From an uncultured delta proteobacterium (GTDB lineage: Bacteria > Myxococcota_A > Polyangia > Polyangiales > Polyangiaceae), in assembly GCA_963782055.1 (NCBI GenBank), contig CAWAIF010000003.1, positions 2,368,001 through 2,432,000 on the forward strand: a DNA stretch of 64,000 nucleotides, in the 5' to 3' direction. Shown here in pieces: positions 58,731 through 64,000 of the stretch (positions are counted from its first letter, which is position 1; every line of letters starts with the position of its first letter). The notes under the pieces were generated by a model. That model worked only from the letters and a program-made list of their open reading frames with translations. It did not search any database and had not been told where the DNA came from. The position numbers were made by a program, and so were the translations under genes.

Positions 58731-61460
58731 ATGCCCCGTCTCATGTCCCTCACCGGTGTTCCCCAGGAGCGGTTCAAGACCAGCGCCGAGGTGCGTCGCA
58801 CGTTCCTCGACTACTTCCGTGGCAAGGGGCACGAGGTCTGCGCGAGCGCGTCGCTCATCCCGGCGAACGACCCGACGCTGATGTTCGTCAACGCCGGCAT
58901 GGTGCCATTCAAGGACCTCTTCACCGGCAAGGAGACGCGCTCCTACAAGCGGGCGACGAGCAGCCAGAAGTGCATCCGCATCTCGGGCAAGCACAACGAT
59001 CTGGAGAACGTGGGCGTCACCGCGCGCCACCACACCTTCTTCGAGATGCTCGGCAACTTCAGCTTCGGCGACTACTTCAAGGAGCAGGCGATCGGCTTCT
59101 GCTGGGAGCTCTTGACGGAGGGCTTCGGCCTGCCGCCGGAGCGCATGGTCTTCACCGTCTTCGGCGGGGAGGACGGCGTGGCCGCGGACGACGAGGCGCG
59201 CGCGCTCTGGAAGAAGGTGGCGGGCGTCGGGGACGACCGCGTCTTCGGCATGGGGAAGGCGGACAACTTCTGGCAGATGGGCGAGACCGGTCCCTGCGGC
59301 CCCTGCACCGAGGTGCACTACTACCTGGGGGAGCTCGCGGAGGGCGAGTCACCGGACTACACCACCTTCGGCCAGGAGCCGGACCCGAGCGGGCGCGGGT
59401 GGTTCGAGATCTGGAACCTGGTGTTCATGCAGTTCGAGCGGACGCTGGAGGGCGGGGTGGAGCGGCTCGCTCCGCTTCCCGCGCCGTGCGTCGACACGGG
59501 CATGGGCCTGGAGCGCATCACCAGCGTGGTGCAGGGCAAGACGACGAACTACGACACCGATCTCCTGCGCGCGATCGTGGAGAAGGCGTCGCAGGTCGCG
59601 GGCAAGCCCTACGGCGGCTCGCAGGCGGACGACGACGTGTCGATGCGCGTCATCGCCGACCACGCGCGCACCACCGCGTTCCTGATCGCGGAGGGGGTGT
59701 TCCCCGACCGCGACGGCCGCTCGTACGTGCTGCGGCGGGTGATGCGCCGGGCGATCCGCCACGGGCATCGCCTCGGCATCGCGCGGCCCTTCCTCCACGA
59801 GGTGGCGCTGGAGGTGGTCGCGCGGATGGGCGACGTCTACCCGGAGCTGGTGGCGCGGCGCGATCTGATCGCGTCGGTCGCGGAGCAGGAGGAGGTGCGC
59901 TTCCGCGAGACGATCGACCGTGGCCTGAAGATCCTGGACGACGAGGTCGCCTCGATGCGCTCGCGCGGCGAGAGCGTCATCTCCGGCGAGCTGGCGTTCA
60001 AGCTCTACGACACCTACGGCTTCCCGCTGGACCTCACCGAGGTGATCGCGCGCGAGCGTGATCTCACGATCGACCAGGCGGGCTACGACCGCGCGCTGGA
60101 GGAGCAGCGCGCGCGCAGCGCGGGCTCCAAGGTGGGCGAGGAGGCGGTGGAGGCGATCTGGCGCGCGGCGCTGGAGCGCTCCGGGCCGGTGCGCTTCGTC
60201 GGCTACGAGCGGGAGGAGGCGGAGGGGCACGTGGTGGCGCTGGTGCGCGACGGCGCGCTGGTGGAGCGCGCGGCGCAGGGCGACGTCGTCGCGGTGGTGA
60301 CGGACGTGACGCCGTTCTACGGCGAGTCGGGCGGGCAGGTGGGCGACAAGGGGCTCATCACGTCCAGCGGGGGCGACAACAAGTTCCACGTGCACGACAC
60401 GCACAAGCCGGTGGTGGGCCTGGTCGTCCATCACGGCGAGGTCACTCACGGGGCGATCGCGGTGGGCGACGCGGTGAAGCTGGAGGTGGATCACGATCTG
60501 CGCACCGCGACGCGCCGCAACCACTCCGCCACGCACCTGCTGCACTGGGCGCTCCGGACCGTGGTGGGCGAGCAGGCGACGCAGAAGGGCTCGCTCGTCG
60601 CGCCCGACCGGCTGCGCTTCGACTTCGCCCACGCCAAGCCGCTCACCGTGCACGAGATCGAGCTCATCGAGGACCTGGTCAACCAGAAGGTGCTGCTGGA
60701 CGCGCCGGTGCAGACGGAGGTCATGCCCATCGACGTGGCCCGCCAGAAGGGCGCGATGGCGATCTTCGAGGAGAAGTACGGCGACGTGGTGCGCGTGCTC
60801 ACCATGACGAAGGACTCGGTGGAGCTCTGCGGGGGCACCCACGCGCGCGCGCTCGGGGAGATCGGGCTGTTCAAGATCGTGGGGGACTCCGGCGTCGCCG
60901 CGGGCGTGCGTCGCATCGAGGCGGTGACCGGCCTCAACGCCCTGGCGTACGTCCGCCAGGTGGAGACCACGCTGAAGACGGCGGCGCAGACCGCGAAGAG
61001 CACGCCTGCCGAGCTACCCGAGCGCATCGAGAAGATGCTCGACCACGACAAGTCGCTCGAGCGCGAGATCGCCGAGATGAAGCGCAAGCTGGCGATGGGT
61101 GGGGGCGGCGGCCTGGACGAGCAGCTCAAGGGCGCCCGCGACATCCCGGGCGGGCGGGCCCTGGCCGTGCGCGCGGAGGTGACGGACGCGGCCACCCTGC
61201 GCGAGCTCGCCGAGAAGCTGCGCGACAAGCTCGGCGACGCGATCGTCCTCGTCGGGGCCGCCGGCGCGGACAAGGCGCACCTCGTGCTCACGGTGTCCAG
61301 GTCGCTGACCGACCGGTACAAGGCGGGCGATCTCATCAAGGGCATCGCGCAGGTGGTCGGCGGCTCGGGCGGCGGCCGCCCCGACATGGCGCAGGCCGGC
61401 GGCCCGGAGGCGGACAAGCTGGACGAGGCGCTGGCCGCCCTCTACGCCCGACTCGGCTGA
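58731..61460 (+). CDS. alaS: Alanine--tRNA ligase
   Basis: DPTLMFVNAGMVPFK, HHTFFEMLGNFSFGDYFK, NHSATHLLH, ELCGGTH, GGGRPDMAQAGG. Confidence 0.98.
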   Translation: MPRLMSLTGVPQERFKTSAEVRRTFLDYFRGKGHEVCASASLIPANDPTLMFVNAGMVPFKDLFTGKETRSYKRATSSQKCIRISGKHNDLENVGVTARHHTFFEMLGNFSFGDYFKEQAIGFCWELLTEGFGLPPERMVFTVFGGEDGVAADDEARALWKKVAGVGDDRVFGMGKADNFWQMGETGPCGPCTEVHYYLGELAEGESPDYTTFGQEPDPSGRGWFEIWNLVFMQFERTLEGGVERLAPLPAPCVDTGMGLERITSVVQGKTTNYDTDLLRAIVEKASQVAGKPYGGSQADDDVSMRVIADHARTTAFLIAEGVFPDRDGRSYVLRRVMRRAIRHGHRLGIARPFLHEVALEVVARMGDVYPELVARRDLIASVAEQEEVRFRETIDRGLKILDDEVASMRSRGESVISGELAFKLYDTYGFPLDLTEVIARERDLTIDQAGYDRALEEQRARSAGSKVGEEAVEAIWRAALERSGPVRFVGYEREEAEGHVVALVRDGALVERAAQGDVVAVVTDVTPFYGESGGQVGDKGLITSSGGDNKFHVHDTHKPVVGLVVHHGEVTHGAIAVGDAVKLEVDHDLRTATRRNHSATHLLHWALRTVVGEQATQKGSLVAPDRLRFDFAHAKPLTVHEIELIEDLVNQKVLLDAPVQTEVMPIDVARQKGAMAIFEEKYGDVVRVLTMTKDSVELCGGTHARALGEIGLFKIVGDSGVAAGVRRIEAVTGLNALAYVRQVETTLKTAAQTAKSTPAELPERIEKMLDHDKSLEREIAEMKRKLAMGGGGGLDEQLKGARDIPGGRALAVRAEVTDAATLRELAEKLRDKLGDAIVLVGAAGADKAHLVLTVSRSLTDRYKAGDLIKGIAQVVGGSGGGRPDMAQAGGPEADKLDEALAALYARLG

Positions 61461-61569
61461 CCGCCCCCCTGTCCCCCCTGTCCCCCCTCCCTGTCCCCGG
61501 ACACCAAACGTCGGACCGCGAGCACGCTTGCACTTCGACGTTTCGCCGGGATTCTGGGAGAGGGGTGGG

Positions 61570-61585
61570 TGGCATGGGGGGTGCT
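61570..61585 (+). promoter_or_regulatory. sigma54-like -24/-12 box
   Basis: TGGCATGGGGGGTGCT, 12 nt before ATG at 61598. Confidence 0.55.
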
Positions 61586-61597
61586 TTGGGTGGGGGG

Positions 61598-62194
61598 ATG
61601 GACCCTGTATTTTTCACGATCAAGCGGGCGTACTACGCCACGCTCAGGCTGACGCGGCGGGCGCTCCGGGCGATGGGGCTCACGGCGGCGCGGTTCGACC
61701 TGCTGGACGCGCTCTACCGGCTCGGGACGCGGTGTGTTCACTTGCAGAGCAACCTCCGGCGCGGGCTCGGCGTGGCGCGGTCCACCATCAGCCGCATGAT
61801 GATTTCGCTCGAGCGGCTGGGGCTCGTCACCCGGCGTCGCGACGGGCGCGACTGCATCGTCGCGCTCACGCCCGAGGGGCGCCGCCGCGTGCGCCGCGCT
61901 TATTTTGGGCTGGTGCTGGTCGGGCACGTGGGGCTGGCGCTGGACGGCGCGCTCGCCCCGGGGGAGCGCCGCTGGCCCGACGCCCGCGCGTGCGCCCGCG
62001 CCCGCCGGCACCTCGAAGCGCTCTGCATGCGCGTTCGCGTCGGGTTCGGCGACGAGGCTACGCTCGACAGGCTCACCGAGTATGGCTTCTGGGTGCCGCG
62101 AGAGGACGACCGCGTGCGCCGCGCGCGGGCCGGACGCGAGCGCCGCGAGGGGCAACTCCGTCGCGCGCACGGGCTCGTCGCGACCTCGCCCTGA
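61598..62194 (+). CDS. MarR-like winged-helix protein, copy 2 (198 aa)
   Basis: 14 substitutions versus copy 1 in the first 166 aa (manual count). Confidence 0.88.
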   Translation: MDPVFFTIKRAYYATLRLTRRALRAMGLTAARFDLLDALYRLGTRCVHLQSNLRRGLGVARSTISRMMISLERLGLVTRRRDGRDCIVALTPEGRRRVRRAYFGLVLVGHVGLALDGALAPGERRWPDARACARARRHLEALCMRVRVGFGDEATLDRLTEYGFWVPREDDRVRRARAGRERREGQLRRAHGLVATSP

Positions 62195-62224
62195 TGGGGC
62201 GCGCCGTGCCGCTTCCGCGTGGGC

Positions 62225-62626
62225 TCAGTTGTCCGGCAGCGTGCACTGGCACGCGCCGTTGACGCACGACGCGTTCGGCCCGCCGCACTGGGCGGTGCGG
62301 TACGTGAAGACGCACTTGCCCTGCGAGCAATAGCCGTGCGTATAGACGGCGTGCCACGACCCGAAGGTGCACTCGGAGGGGGGCAGGGGGCACGGGTCGA
62401 GCCCGTCGGCGCAGGCCTGGTCGATGGTCTTCGGGTACCAGACGTCGGGGAGCCCTGCGTCGACCTCCGGGCAGAAGTGGAGCGGGGGACCCGCGTCGAA
62501 GGCCCCGGAGCCGTCGCCGGTCACACCGCCGTCGTCGCCGGAGGACGAGTCGTCTCCGCCGCATGCCAGCCCCACGGCCCCACTCGCGATCATCACCGCC
62601 GCGCCAACGAACCAACGTGCTCGCAT
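62225..62626 (-). CDS. Small Cys-rich lipoprotein
   Basis: Lipobox GLAC; multiple Cys, CVNGAC. Confidence 0.75.
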   Translation of the reverse strand: MRARWFVGAAVMIASGAVGLACGGDDSSSGDDGGVTGDGSGAFDAGPPLHFCPEVDAGLPDVWYPKTIDQACADGLDPCPLPPSECTFGSWHAVYTHGYCSQGKCVFTYRTAQCGGPNASCVNGACQCTLPDN

Positions 62627-62688
62627 CGGGCGCAACCCTATCGCAGTCCCGGCGTGCCGTCAGCCGGCTCGCGGTCCGCCGGGCCCCT

Positions 62689-63666
62689 TCAGTCCCCGAG
62701 CGGGCTCGGCTTGTTGCCGAGCGCGCCGTCCACGGCGTCCATCACCTGCTGGTCCAGCCGGATGCTCACCTCGAGCGCCTTCATGTTCTCGGTGACCTGC
62801 TCCTTCTTGCTGGCGCCGGTGATGACGCTCGAGACGTCCGGGTTCTTCAGGCACCAGGCGATGGCGAGCTGCGCCATCGTGCAGCCCAGCTCCTTCGCGA
62901 TGGGCGCGAGCGCGCGCACCTTCGCGATGCGCTCCTCGTCGAGCACCATCTCCGCGAGCCACTTCATGTTGGCGAGGTCCAGGCGCGAGCCCTTCGGGAT
63001 TCCGTCGTTGTACTTTCCGGTCAGCAGGCCGGAGGCGAGCGGGCTCCAGATCGTGGTGCCGTAGCCCAGCTCCTTGAAGACCGGCGCGTACTCCACCTCC
63101 ATCCGGCGGCGCCACAGCATGTTGTACTGCGGCTGCTCCATCGTCGGCGGGGTCAGCCCGTTCTCCTTCGCGATGCCGTGCGCGCGCATGATGTCCGCGC
63201 CGCTCCACTCGCTCGTGCCCCAGTAGAAGATCTTGCCCTGGCGCACGAGCACGTCCATCGCGCGCACCGTCTCCTCGATGGGCGTCTCCGGGTCGGGCCG
63301 GTGGCAGAAGCACAGGTCGACGTAGTCGAGCTGCAGCCGCTTCAGCGCGCCGTGGACGCCCTCGATCACGTGCTTGTGGGAGAGGCCCTTGTCGTTGGGT
63401 CCGTCCCCGCCCCAGAACACCTTCGTCGAGACCACGTACGACTCGCGCCGCCAGCCCTTCTTCTTCAGGACGCTGCCCATCACGACCTCGGCCTTGCCGC
63501 CGCCGTACGCCTCCGCGTTGTCGAAGAAGTTCACGCCGGCGTCCCAGGCGGCCTGCATGCACTCCGCGGCCACCTCCTCGCCGATCTGGCTGCCCATCGT
63601 GACCCACGCGCCGAGCGACAGCGCGCTCACCTTGAGGCCGGACTTCCCGAGACGTCGATATTCCAT
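62689..63666 (-). CDS. Aldo/keto reductase (Kv-beta-like subfamily)
   Basis: [39 protein letters not shown]. Confidence 0.94.
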   Translation of the reverse strand: MEYRRLGKSGLKVSALSLGAWVTMGSQIGEEVAAECMQAAWDAGVNFFDNAEAYGGGKAEVVMGSVLKKKGWRRESYVVSTKVFWGGDGPNDKGLSHKHVIEGVHGALKRLQLDYVDLCFCHRPDPETPIEETVRAMDVLVRQGKIFYWGTSEWSGADIMRAHGIAKENGLTPPTMEQPQYNMLWRRRMEVEYAPVFKELGYGTTIWSPLASGLLTGKYNDGIPKGSRLDLANMKWLAEMVLDEERIAKVRALAPIAKELGCTMAQLAIAWCLKNPDVSSVITGASKKEQVTENMKALEVSIRLDQQVMDAVDGALGNKPSPLGD

Positions 63667-63743
63667 GCTGCCTCCGATGCGAGCGGGCGCGCGCCCATCG
63701 CGCGCCCCGGACCCGCGGCGCGGAACATGCTAATGCCTTCCGC

Positions 63744-64000
63744 GTGCGACGAATCCTTTTCGTTGGATGGCTGACGGCCGTCGCCCTCCCGGCGTGCAAC
63801 GGCGCCCGGAACGAGGCGAGAGTGCTCGTGCCCGCGGTGGACCAGTACCGCGCCGCGGCCAACAGTCAGAAGCCCGAGCTGGCCGACGCCCTCGACAAGG
63901 TGCCCTGCAGCGACCCGGAGGTGTGCGCCGCGCGGGACGCCTGCACCAAGGCGGCCGACCCCACGGCGAAGGGCCTCCGCCTCCAGAAGGAGGTCGAGCA
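63744..64000 (+). CDS. Lipoprotein, truncated by the window end
   Basis: Manual translation from GTG: MRRILFVGWLTAVALPACNGARNEAR...CSDPEVCAARDAC; lipobox LPAC. Confidence 0.7.
   Translation, partial: MRRILFVGWLTAVALPACNGARNEARVLVPAVDQYRAAANSQKPELADALDKVPCSDPEVCAARDACTKAADPTAKGLRLQKEVE

Larger units (their letters stand above)
61461..62194 (+). mobile_element. Repeated MarR cassette, copy 2 (mobility inferred, not shown)
   Basis: Starts right after the alaS stop; homologous to 50242-50967 in opposite orientation. Confidence 0.5.

Noticed and set aside
50242..62194. Composite transposon carrying ndk to alaS
   Set aside because: No transposase, terminal inverted repeats or target duplication, and the enclosed genes are core housekeeping genes in the same orientation as sucCD.
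62689..63666. Potassium channel beta subunit
   Set aside because: The similarity reflects the aldo/keto reductase family; no channel gene is adjacent.

Overview
Very GC-rich chromosomal window whose gene content points to a myxobacterium, most likely Polyangiaceae-like (inference from Ser/Thr kinase-TPR/PEGA-lipoprotein modules, CarF, a myxosortase-like CPBP protease, DUF885, DUF2914 and many Cys-rich lipoproteins). 1-12 kb is a stress/energy cluster: universal stress proteins, phosphoketolase, PPK2, P3A H+-ATPase with a DUF2934 tail, an internally deleted B12 radical SAM gene, GlsB/YeaQ and OsmC, with several sigma54-like boxes. 13-41 kb is envelope and signalling genes: a frameshifted serine hydrolase-NamZ fusion, three Hanks kinases, LysR/DoxX, two VWA lipoproteins, PP2C, CarF, nadC and birA. 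41-64 kb is mostly housekeeping (mdh, sucCD, ndk, dapD, dapE, radA, alaS) interspersed with surface-protein genes. The most notable unexplained structures are: (i) two ~730-bp copies of a cassette (C-rich tandem repeat, 38-bp imperfect palindrome, sigma54-like box, 198-aa MarR-like gene) in opposite orientations after sucD and after alaS; (ii) a ~110-150 bp structured non-coding repeat present twice, each beside a kinase-TPR/PEGA module; (iii) those modules themselves, which look like uncharacterised trans-envelope signalling or export units. No rRNA, tRNA, CRISPR array, transposase or integrase was recognised. All family calls are by-eye motif recognition, not database searches.
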